From Candidatus Spongiisociaceae bacterium (GTDB taxonomy: Bacteria > Actinomycetota > Acidimicrobiia > Spongiisociales > Spongiisociaceae): DNA of 64,000 nt. Under the pieces are notes generated by a model. The model was not told where the DNA came from. It searched no databases and was given only the letters and a program-made list of their open reading frames with translations. Below, one piece after another: positions 47,847 through 56,200 of the stretch; position 1 is the stretch's first letter, and each line of letters starts with the position of its first letter. Both the position numbers and the translations under genes were made by a program. The DNA lies in contig OZ251578.1 of the NCBI GenBank assembly GCA_965243835.1, positions 533,711 to 597,710 of the forward strand, given 5' to 3'.

Positions 47847-48787
47847 TGCGGCCCCTCCTCCCGGCCTCCGGAGGCGGCGGCGGTGAATATTTCCTCCAAG
47901 CCGGTGAGGTCCGCCCCCAGCCGGCGCACCGGTATTTCCAACTCGGCCAGGGCGTCCCGCACCATTTCGTAGACATCCCCCGGGCTTTCCCGCTCCGGGC
48001 CGGGCGCGGAGGCGGTCAGCCTCCCGTCGGCCACCTCCGTTTCCAGCCCCCGTTCGGCCAACAGGCGGGCCAGCGGCTGCGGGTCGCCGAACACTTCCAC
48101 CGACACCGTATCCTCCCGGGCCGGGGGTTCCACCGGGGCGGAGCGCACTGTCCGCCCCCCATCCAGCATCACCACCCAGGAGCAGGTGGTTTCAATGTCG
48201 GTCAGCACATGCGAGGAAACCAGTATGTTGATGCCGAACCCGCCCAACCGGCGAATCAGCTGCAGCATTTCCTCCCGCCCCTCCGGGTCCAGGCCGGAAG
48301 CCGGTTCGTCCAGCAGGGCCAGTTCCGGGTCGTGCACGATGGCCTGGGCCAGTTTCACCCGCTGCTTCATTCCGGTGGAATAGTCGCCGATGTAGCGGAT
48401 CCGTTCTTCGGCCAAGCCCACCAGGAACAGGGTTTCGGAAGCCCGGTGGCGGGCCTCCGAGGTGGGCAGGCCCGCCAACTCGGCCGCGTACATCACGAAA
48501 TCGGCCGCCGTTTGGTCCAGGGGCAGACAGTCGTTTTCCGGCATATACCCCAGCCGGGAGCGCAAGCCGGAGGGGTCCCGGTCCACCGGGGAACCCAGCA
48601 CTTCCGCCTGCCCGCGGTCGGGGCGGCTCAGGCCGAGCAGGATGCGCATCAGGGTGGTTTTCCCCGCTCCGTTGGCCCCCACCAGCCCGGTGACGCCGGC
48701 GGGGACGGCGATGTCCACCCCGTCCAAGGCCCGCACCGACCCGAAGGTTTTGACCAGTTCCCGGGTTTGGACGACCGTCTCAGGCAT
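47843..48787 (-). CDS. ABC transporter ATP-binding protein
   Basis: GANGAGKTT, YSTGMKQR, LLDEP, SSH. Confidence 0.9.
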   Translation of the reverse strand: MPETVVQTRELVKTFGSVRALDGVDIAVPAGVTGLVGANGAGKTTLMRILLGLSRPDRGQAEVLGSPVDRDPSGLRSRLGYMPENDCLPLDQTAADFVMYAAELAGLPTSEARHRASETLFLVGLAEERIRYIGDYSTGMKQRVKLAQAIVHDPELALLDEPASGLDPEGREEMLQLIRRLGGFGINILVSSHVLTDIETTCSWVVMLDGGRTVRSAPVEPPAREDTVSVEVFGDPQPLARLLAERGLETEVADGRLTASAPGPERESPGDVYEMVRDALAELEIPVRRLGADLTGLEEIFTAAASGGREEGPQ

Positions 48788-50423
48788 GGGAGGTTTTCCG
48801 GTACAGGGGGGTTATTTCCCCCAACGGGGCCCCCGGTTGCAGGGGGGCGGTCTGCCAACCCTGGTCGCGGATGGTCCCCGGACAGCCCAGCATGGCGTGC
48901 AACCGCTCGCAGGTGACCGGCAAGTAGGGGGCCAGGGCAGTTTTCAGGTGGTTGATCGCGTGCAGGGCCGCCCACAGGACGGCCCGGGTGCGGGCCGGGT
49001 CGGTGCGGGCCGTCTTCCACGGCTCGACGGCGTTCAGGTAGGCGTTGACTTCGGCCGCCCCCCGCATCGCCTCCCGCAGTCCGGCTTTCAACTCCACCCG
49101 TTCAATGTGACCGCCGACCGCCTCCCGCCTCTGGTCGGCCAGGGACTTTATTTCCCGGTCGGCGGGTTGCTCCTCCCCCTCCGGCGGCGGATGGGGAACG
49201 GCCCCGGCGCAGTTGGCGCGGGTCATGGTCAACACCCGGTGCGCCAGGTTGCCCCATGTCGCCGCCAGCTCCTCGTCGATGCGGCGGTCTAGTTCCTCCA
49301 CGGACACTTCGGCGTCGCCGTGTTCGGGCAGGCCGGCGGCCAGGGCGTAGCGCAGGGAATCCGGCTGGTAGCGATCCAGGGCCTCTCCGATGGTCATCCC
49401 CACTCCCCGGCTGGCCGAGGCTTTGCCCCCCTTGAAAGTCACGTACTGGTTGGCGGGGACGTTGGTGGGCAACTCCAGTCCCCCGTAGCCCATCAGCATG
49501 GCGGGCCAGATGATGGTGTGGAAGGGGATGTTGTCCTTGCCGATGAAGTAGTAGTGCTCGGCCTGCGGGTTTTCCCACCACTCCCGCCAAGCCTCGGGGG
49601 TTCCCCGGTTGGCCGCCCATTCCTTGGCGGCGGACAGGTAGCCGATCACCGCGTCGAACCACACGTAGATTTTCTTGCCTTCGCCCAAGCCTTCCACCGG
49701 GATGTCCACCCCCCAGTCGATGTCGCGGGTGATGGCCCGGTCGTGCAGGCCTTCTTCAATCCAGCCCCGGGAAAAGTTCAGCACGTGTTTGCGCCATCCC
49801 CGGCGGGTGGACAGCCATTCCGACAGCCGTTCCCCGAAGTCGGACAGCCGCAGGTAGAAATGGTCGGTGGGGCGGGTTTCCGGGACCGCCCCGGTCAGTT
49901 TGGAGCGGGGACGGCGCAGGTCGGAGGGGTCCAGGGTGCGTCCGCAATCCTCGCACTGGTCGCCGCGGGCGTTCTCGTAGTCGCAGTGGGGGCAGGTCCC
50001 CTCCACGTAGCGGTCGGGCAAAAAACGCCCCGCCTCCGGGTCGTAGAACTGCTCGGAGGTGCGCTTGTCCAAATGCCCGTTTTCGTACAGGCGCAGGAAA
50101 ATGTCCCGGGTGACCGCGTGGTGGTTGGGAGTGCCGGTGGAGGTGTACAACTCCCATTCCACGGCCAGGTCCTCCCAGCCTTGGACGAACTCGGCGTGGA
50201 ACCGGTCCACTATCTCCTGGGGGGAAACTCCCTCTTGGTCGGCCCGCACGGTGATGGGCGTGCCGTGCACGTCGCTGCCGGACACCATCAGCACCCGGTT
50301 CCCGGCCAGCCGGTGATAGCGGGCGAAAATGTCGGCGGGGAGGTACGCCCCGGCCAAGTGTCCGAGATGCCGGGAGCCGGAGGCGTAAGGCCAAGCCACC
50401 GCCACCAGGATGTTGCGAGCCAT
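48780..50423 (-). CDS. metG: Methionine--tRNA ligase
   Basis: AWPYASG..HLGH, SGSDVHG, CPHC...GDQCEDC knuckle, YVWFDAVIGY, IGKDNIPFH; KASAS at the KMSKS position. Confidence 0.95.
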   Translation of the reverse strand: MARNILVAVAWPYASGSRHLGHLAGAYLPADIFARYHRLAGNRVLMVSGSDVHGTPITVRADQEGVSPQEIVDRFHAEFVQGWEDLAVEWELYTSTGTPNHHAVTRDIFLRLYENGHLDKRTSEQFYDPEAGRFLPDRYVEGTCPHCDYENARGDQCEDCGRTLDPSDLRRPRSKLTGAVPETRPTDHFYLRLSDFGERLSEWLSTRRGWRKHVLNFSRGWIEEGLHDRAITRDIDWGVDIPVEGLGEGKKIYVWFDAVIGYLSAAKEWAANRGTPEAWREWWENPQAEHYYFIGKDNIPFHTIIWPAMLMGYGGLELPTNVPANQYVTFKGGKASASRGVGMTIGEALDRYQPDSLRYALAAGLPEHGDAEVSVEELDRRIDEELAATWGNLAHRVLTMTRANCAGAVPHPPPEGEEQPADREIKSLADQRREAVGGHIERVELKAGLREAMRGAAEVNAYLNAVEPWKTARTDPARTRAVLWAALHAINHLKTALAPYLPVTCERLHAMLGCPGTIRDQGWQTAPLQPGAPLGEITPLYRKTSHA

Positions 50424-50489
50424 TGCCGACAGCCTACCCGCCCCGCCCGGCTTGCTCGCGCCATTGCCGAGGCCCCGCCGGGGAAAGCC

Positions 50490-51039
50490 CCCCGTCGCGC
50501 TTGGTCCCGGTCCAGGTCGTCGGGGTCTTCCCCGTCGTCCTGGTCTTCTCCGTCATGGTCGGCGGGATCGCCGCCCTCGCGGTCGTCGTCGGCGTCGGAT
50601 GGCGCCGTGCGTCGGTAGCCGTCTTGGTATGGGTTGAAGAAGTCGGTTATGGAGTCGGCTTGTTCTTGGGTGATCACTTCGTCGGCGACCAGGGCCGCCG
50701 GCAACTGCGCCGGGTCGTAGAAGTCGGCGTCCGCGTCGGTTATCCAGGCGGTGAGGGCCGGGATTTGGTCGTCGTTTGATGATGCCCATTGCCGCCGGCA
50801 TGTGGAACTTGCGGGACGCGACCTCTTCGTAGGCGTCGTCCGTGTTCCATGCGGCAACGGCCTTGCGCGCGTCGTCCCGGTCGGCTCCGTCCCGGTCCAG
50901 CCGGTCACGGTCTTCCCCGTCCTGGTCGGCCTCGTCCTGGTTCAACCGCGTCGGCATCCCCGTTGCGGGCCGCGGCCGTCGCCGCGAACAAGGCGATCAC
51001 GGTCAGCGGGCCGAGCGTCATCGTCAGTATCTTCCTCAT
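50490..51039 (-). pseudogene. Frameshifted gene for a small acidic secreted protein (3' end approximate)
   Basis: AAGGAA RBS, then MRKILTMTLGPLTVIALFAATAAA (signal peptide-like, frame stops at 50905); Asp-rich sequence continues in two other minus frames (NQDEADQDGEDRDRLDRD..., then DDQIPALTAWITDAD...DHDGEDQDDGEDPDDLDRD). Confidence 0.6.
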
Positions 51040-51301
51040 TGCGGTTCCTTATACGCCGATCGATTTCTTCGATCGTGCGCCCAGCATCCTCCCCCTATCT
51101 TAAAAAAGTATGAGAGGAATCTAAGAGGGGGCTAAGAAAAATCGGCTCCCGGCCCGAAAAGGCGGCAATTTCACTGCGTCCCTGTTGCCGCCCGTTCCGT
51201 CCGGGCGGGGCGCGCCGTTCCGTCGCCCCCGGTCGGCATCCGGGGCGGGGCGCGCCGTTGCCTCTCCCGCACCCCGGCGGGGGAGGGGTAGGCTGGCGGG
51301 G

Positions 51302-52027
51302 ATGCAAGCCTTGCCCGCGTTGTTGGCCGGGGCGGCGGCTACCGCTTTTTTTGCGGAACTGCTCCTTTCCTATCGCGCCCGTCCCCGCCCGCACATCGCC
51401 GCCTACGCGGCCGGCGTCGGGTGCTTCGCCCTGGCCTGCTGGGCCCTGGCGGCGGGGGTGGCGGGAGGGTGGACTTCCGCCTCCTACCGGATTTTTTTCC
51501 TGTTCGGGGGGATCGTCAACATCCCGCTTTTGGCCCTGGGATCGATGTTTCTGGTAGTGGGCCGCCGGGCCGGGCATGCGATGTTGCTGTTGCTGTTCCC
51601 CTTCTTCGCCATCGCCGCGCCCATGACCATCGGGACCCCGTTCGACGCCGGGCCTTTGCCCATGGACGGGGTGCCGCCCGGTCGGGAGGTGTGGGCGGAA
51701 ATGTTCGGGCCCCGCCTGTGGGCGGCCATCGGGGGCGGAACCGGGTCGGTCATCCTGATCGGGCTGGCCGTTGCGTCGGCGGTGCGTTTCTGGCGTTCCA
51801 ACCGGCGGGTGGTGTGGGGTTCCCTGTGCATCGCGGCGGGCACTTTGGCGGCCGCCGTCGGGGGCAGCATCCTGGTTTTGGGGGAGCAGGCTTCCTTCGG
51901 GGTCTCGCTGTTGGCGGCGGTGGTTTGCATCTGGGCCGGTTACCGCATCGCCTCCGGCGCCCGTTCCCGATCCGGCGGCGCCTCCGAGAGGGCCTCCGGG
52001 GGGGCGGAGGAGACGGTCCCCGGTTAG
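51302..52027 (+). CDS. Multi-pass membrane protein of unknown function
   Basis: About 7 hydrophobic segments from MQALPALL; GWT..SYR.FFLFGG.VN.P.LA.G pattern; TAGGCT 7 nt before ATG. Confidence 0.75.
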   Translation: MQALPALLAGAAATAFFAELLLSYRARPRPHIAAYAAGVGCFALACWALAAGVAGGWTSASYRIFFLFGGIVNIPLLALGSMFLVVGRRAGHAMLLLLFPFFAIAAPMTIGTPFDAGPLPMDGVPPGREVWAEMFGPRLWAAIGGGTGSVILIGLAVASAVRFWRSNRRVVWGSLCIAAGTLAAAVGGSILVLGEQASFGVSLLAAVVCIWAGYRIASGARSRSGGASERASGGAEETVPG

Positions 52028-52038
52028 GCTGGCGGTTG

Positions 52039-52998
52039 ATGTTGCAAGCCCTCCCCCCGGCGCCCCCGCCCCTGCTCGGCCCGACCCCGGCCGCGCAGGC
52101 CGTCCGCTCCTATCTGGAGGCGGTTCCCCCGGTGGACGAGACGGGGGCGGCGGAGCGGGCGGCGGCCCTGGCCTCCCGGTCGGTGAAACGGGAGTCGAAA
52201 CGGGAGGCGTTGCGACTGGCGGTGCGGATGTGCGACCTGACCACCTTGGAGGGCGGGGACACCCCCGGCAAAATACGGCAACTGGCGGCCAAAGCCGTCC
52301 GGCCCGACCCGACCGACCCGTCGGTTCCGGCCGTGGCCGCCCTGTGCGTTTATCCGACGATGGTCCCGCACGCGGTCGCGGCCCTGCGGGGGAGCGGGGT
52401 GGCGACGGCGTCGGTGGCCGCCGGGTTTCCGTCCGGGCAGACCCCGCGCCCGGTGCGGGTGGAGGAGGCGGAGCGGGCGGCGGAAGCGGGGGCGGACGAA
52501 ATCGACATGGTCATCAACCGGGGGGCGTTCCTGTCCGGCGACTTCCCGGCGGTGTACGAGGAAATCGCGGAGGTGAAGCAGGCGGCGGGCGGGGCCTGTC
52601 TGAAAGTTATTCTGGAAACCGGGGAGCTGGCGACCTATGACAACGTGCGCCGGGCCTCCATGCTGGCCATGGCCGCCGGGGCCGATTTCATCAAGACCTC
52701 CACCGGCAAGGTTTCCCCGGCCGCCACCCGCCCGGTCACGTTGGTGATGCTGGAGGCTATCCGGGACTTCCGCGACCTTACCGGGCGGGAGGTGGGGATG
52801 AAACCGGCGGGCGGGATACGCGTCGCCCGGGAAGCGGTGCGTTATCTGGTGTTGCTGTCGGAGACGCTGGGGACGGCGTGGATGACCCCGGCCCGGTTCC
52901 GGTTCGGGGCTTCCTCCCTGCTCAACGATTTGCTGATGCAGTTGCGCTGGTTGCGGGACGGCCGCTATCAGTCCCCCGACCATTTCACCAGGGACTAG
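52039..52998 (+). CDS. deoC: Deoxyribose-phosphate aldolase
   Basis: DLTTLEG.DT, GFPSGQ, GADEIDMVI, LKVILETGEL, ADFIKTSTGK, KPAGGIR, RFGASSLL. Confidence 0.94.
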   Translation: MLQALPPAPPPLLGPTPAAQAVRSYLEAVPPVDETGAAERAAALASRSVKRESKREALRLAVRMCDLTTLEGGDTPGKIRQLAAKAVRPDPTDPSVPAVAALCVYPTMVPHAVAALRGSGVATASVAAGFPSGQTPRPVRVEEAERAAEAGADEIDMVINRGAFLSGDFPAVYEEIAEVKQAAGGACLKVILETGELATYDNVRRASMLAMAAGADFIKTSTGKVSPAATRPVTLVMLEAIRDFRDLTGREVGMKPAGGIRVAREAVRYLVLLSETLGTAWMTPARFRFGASSLLNDLLMQLRWLRDGRYQSPDHFTRD

Positions 52999-53010
52999 GG
53001 GAGCGGGGCG

Positions 53011-54528
53011 ATGGACGAGTCGGGCGCCGGGGCGGGCGGGGGAGCGGGCGCCGGGGCGGGCGTTCCCGCTCCCGTTTCTCCGGAGCCGGCCGCTTTGGAA
53101 TACGTCTCCGCGCGGGAAGCGGCCGACCTGGCCGACATCGAAGCCCGCTACGACCTGTGGATCGACGGGGCCCCCGCCGCTCCGCTTTCCGGACGTTATA
53201 TTCCCACCCTCAACCCGGCCACCGAGGAAACCCTGGCCCTGACGGCGGAGGGCGGGGAGGAGGACGTAGCGGCCGCAACGGCCGCCGCCCGCCGGGCCTA
53301 CGACAAGACGTGGGGAAAGCTATCCCCCGGGGAGCGTTCCAAATTCCTGTTCCGCATCGCCCGCATGGTGCAGGAGCGGTCCCGGGAGTTGGCGGTGCTG
53401 GAAACCCTGGACGGGGGCAAACCCATCAAAGAATCCCGGGATTTCGACTTGCCGCTGGCCGCCGCCCATTTCTTCTACTACGCCGGCTGGGCCGACAAAC
53501 TGGAGTTCGCCTTCCCCGGCCTGGATCATCGACCGCTGGGAGTGGCGGGGCAGATCATCCCCTGGAACTTCCCGTTGCTGATGCTGGCCTGGAAAGTCGC
53601 CCCGGCTCTGGCGGCGGGCAACACGGTGGTGTTGAAACCGGCGGAAACCACTCCGCTCACCGCCTTGGCCTTCGCCCGCTTGACCGCCGAGGCGGGTTTG
53701 CCGCCGGGAGTTTTCAACGTGGTGACCGGAGGCGGGGAAACCGGGGCGGCGACGGCGGGCCATCCGGGGGTGGACAAGGTGGCTTTCACCGGTTCCACCG
53801 CGGTAGGCAAACAAATTCAGGAGCGGCTGGCCGGGTCCGGCAAACGGCTGACTTTGGAGTTGGGCGGCAAAGCCCCGCACGTGATCTTCGACGACGCCCC
53901 GGTGGATCAGGCGGTGGAAGGGGTGATAAACGGCATTTTTTTCAACCAGGGGCATGTATGTTGCGCCGGCAGCAGGTTGCTGGTGCAGGAACCGGTTTAC
54001 GAGTCGTTTCTGGACCGGCTGAAAAGGCGTTTGGCTACTTTGCGGGTGGGCGATCCGCTGGACAAGAACACCGACGTGGGGGCGGTCAACAGCCGGGAGC
54101 AGTTGCACAAGATCAGCCGGCTGGCGGAGTCGGGGAAGGAGGAGGGGGCGGAGATGTTCCAGCCGGCCTGTTCCCTGCCGGAACGGGGTTTCTGGTTTCC
54201 GCCCACCTTGTTCACCGGAGTGTCGCAGAGCCACCGCATCGCCCAGGAAGAGATTTTCGGGCCGGTGCTGTCCATTATGACCTTTCGCACCCCCGAGGAG
54301 GCGGTGGACAAGGCCAACAACACCCCCTACGGGCTGTCGGCCGGGGTGTGGACTTCCAAAGGCTCCCGCATTCTGTGGATGGCGGACCGGTTGCGGGCGG
54401 GGGTGGTGTGGGCCAACACCTACAACAAGTTCGACCCGGCTTCCCCCTTCGGCGGTTTCCGGGAGTCCGGTTTCGGCCGGGAGGGGGGTCGGCACGGGCT
54501 CCTGCCTTATCTGCGGGGCGGGATATGA
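53011..54528 (+). CDS. Aldehyde dehydrogenase
   Basis: PWNFP, KPAETTP, FTGST, LELGGK, NQGHVCCAG, EEIFGP, PFGG. Confidence 0.93.
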   Translation: MDESGAGAGGGAGAGAGVPAPVSPEPAALEYVSAREAADLADIEARYDLWIDGAPAAPLSGRYIPTLNPATEETLALTAEGGEEDVAAATAAARRAYDKTWGKLSPGERSKFLFRIARMVQERSRELAVLETLDGGKPIKESRDFDLPLAAAHFFYYAGWADKLEFAFPGLDHRPLGVAGQIIPWNFPLLMLAWKVAPALAAGNTVVLKPAETTPLTALAFARLTAEAGLPPGVFNVVTGGGETGAATAGHPGVDKVAFTGSTAVGKQIQERLAGSGKRLTLELGGKAPHVIFDDAPVDQAVEGVINGIFFNQGHVCCAGSRLLVQEPVYESFLDRLKRRLATLRVGDPLDKNTDVGAVNSREQLHKISRLAESGKEEGAEMFQPACSLPERGFWFPPTLFTGVSQSHRIAQEEIFGPVLSIMTFRTPEEAVDKANNTPYGLSAGVWTSKGSRILWMADRLRAGVVWANTYNKFDPASPFGGFRESGFGREGGRHGLLPYLRGGI

Positions 54529-55391
54529 ACCGGTTGCCGGTGCGCAAAACCCACAAGTTGTTCGTGGGCGGGGAGTTTCCCCGTTCCGAGTCGGGGCGTT
54601 CCTATCCGGCCTTGGACAACCGGGGGGAAGTGGCGGCCCGGGTGGCGGCCGCTTCCCGCAAAGACCTGCGGGAGGCGGTGCGGGCGGCCCGCGCCGCGCA
54701 ACCCGGCTGGGCGGGGCGCTCCGGTTACAACCGGGGGCAGATCCTCTACCGGGCGGCGGAGATGCTGGAAGACCGCAAACTGGACCTGGCGGAGCAGGTG
54801 CGCATCGGCGGCATGAGCCGCCACCGGGCCGAACGGCAGGTGAACATTTCCATCGACCGGCTGGTGTGGTATGCGGGGTGGGCGGACAAGTTCGCGCAGG
54901 TGTTCGGCAACCTGAACCCGGTGTCGGGGCCGTTTTTCAACATTTCCGCGCCGGAGCCGACCGGGGTGGTGGGGATCATCGCCCCCGAGGAGCCGTCCCT
55001 GCTGGGGTTGGTGTCGCGCACCGCCCCGGCGGTGGTTTCCGGCAACACGGCGGTGGCGCTGGCCTCCGAACGCTGGCCCATTCCCGCCGCGGCTTTCGCC
55101 GAAGCCCTGGCCGTCGCGGATCTGCCCGCCGGAGTGATCAACATTTTGACCGGCCCCCGGGGGGAAACGGCCCCCCATCTGGCCTCCCACCTGGATGTGA
55201 ACGCCTTGGACGCCTACGGGGCGCCCCCGGAGATGCGGGAGATGCTGGAACGGGAGGCGGCGGCGGGCGTGAAACGGGTGGTGGCTCCGCCCTCCGAACT
55301 GCCCAACTGGAACGGATCCCGGGCGCAAAGCCCCTACTTCATAGCCGCCTTCACCGAAATCAAAACCGTCTGGCACCCCAAAGGCCGCTAA
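54525..55391 (+). CDS. Short aldehyde dehydrogenase-family protein (288 aa)
   Basis: MNRLPVRKTHKLFVGGEFPRSESGRSY, WYAGWADK, EPTGVV, EIKTVWHP; ATGA overlap with upstream ALDH. Confidence 0.85.
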   Translation: MNRLPVRKTHKLFVGGEFPRSESGRSYPALDNRGEVAARVAAASRKDLREAVRAARAAQPGWAGRSGYNRGQILYRAAEMLEDRKLDLAEQVRIGGMSRHRAERQVNISIDRLVWYAGWADKFAQVFGNLNPVSGPFFNISAPEPTGVVGIIAPEEPSLLGLVSRTAPAVVSGNTAVALASERWPIPAAAFAEALAVADLPAGVINILTGPRGETAPHLASHLDVNALDAYGAPPEMREMLEREAAAGVKRVVAPPSELPNWNGSRAQSPYFIAAFTEIKTVWHPKGR

Positions 55392-55435
55392 GGATGTAGA
55401 GTAGGCCGCTACGCTCTCACGGACGGGGAGAGGGG

Positions 55436-55792
55436 ATGGAAGAGGTGAGGGACCCGGCGCCGGGCAAGATACCGACCATCGCCGACATACGGGACCTGCT
55501 GGGACCTCCTTTGGCGGACTGCGGGGCCGACAAGGCGGTGGTGTTCGGTTCCTACGCCCGCGGCGACGCCCACGAGCGCAGCGACCTGGATATGATCGTG
55601 GTTTCCGACACCGACAAACGGTTTCTGCAACGTATCGAGGATTACTGGCCGGTGTTCCATGCTTGGTGGACTCTGCGCAAAAGTTTCGACCTGCTGGTGT
55701 ACACGCCGGAGGAAATCGCCCACATGCAAGCCCGCGGCAACCCCTTCATCGACAAGGTCCTCAGCGAGGGCGTGGTCATTTACGAGCGGTGA
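55436..55792 (+). CDS. Minimal nucleotidyltransferase (MNT)
   Basis: FGSYARG.....SDLD, DLLVYTPEE, EGVVIYE. Confidence 0.88.
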   Translation: MEEVRDPAPGKIPTIADIRDLLGPPLADCGADKAVVFGSYARGDAHERSDLDMIVVSDTDKRFLQRIEDYWPVFHAWWTLRKSFDLLVYTPEEIAHMQARGNPFIDKVLSEGVVIYER

Positions 55793-56074
55793 CCCCCGCC
55801 GATAAACCGTCCCCCCTTTTGCCTTCCGCCCGACAAACCCTAAACCTCAACATGAACCCTCACCTCGCCGGGGCGGGGCGGTCGGGGCCGGACCGGGAAA
55901 CCCGGGCGCCTTCACGGCCGCGGTAGCGACCGCACCTGCTGGGCCTGCTCCGGGCTCTCCCCGACGCAACCCGTCGTCCATGACTGACGCTCCGTCGGTA
56001 GCCGCGGAGGTGCCGTCGACCGTCACTCTTCGCTTGGCGAACGCGAGGGCGATGGGGCGGATTTTTGGATTGAC

Positions 56075-56102
56075 TTGACAAATAGGGGGGGGGGGGTAGC
56101 GT
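56075..56102 (+). promoter_or_regulatory. Sigma70-type promoter with G12 spacer: TTGACA-aata(G)12-TAGCGT
   Basis: Perfect -35 at 56075-56080, 16-nt spacer containing G12 (56085-56096), TANNNT at 56097-56102, about 100 nt upstream of ATG 56201. Confidence 0.75.
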
Positions 56103-56200
56103 TTTGCCTGTTGCTCGCTGGCGGCGTGTGTTCGGCGGGCGGCTGGTAGGGCCGGGGACTTGGAGCCGGCCGGAAATATCGATGGAAAGGATGGTGTGCT

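Noticed and set aside
51203-51259. 17-bp direct repeat gggcggggcgcgccgtt, 40 bp apart
   Set aside because: Almost pure GC, only two copies and no supporting context.
39575-55391. Long N-terminal extensions of ORFs 39575..41224, 45260..46912, 46030..47976, 51421..52998 and 52878..55391
   Set aside because: Extensions overlap real neighbouring genes in other frames; family motifs begin only at the later starts given.
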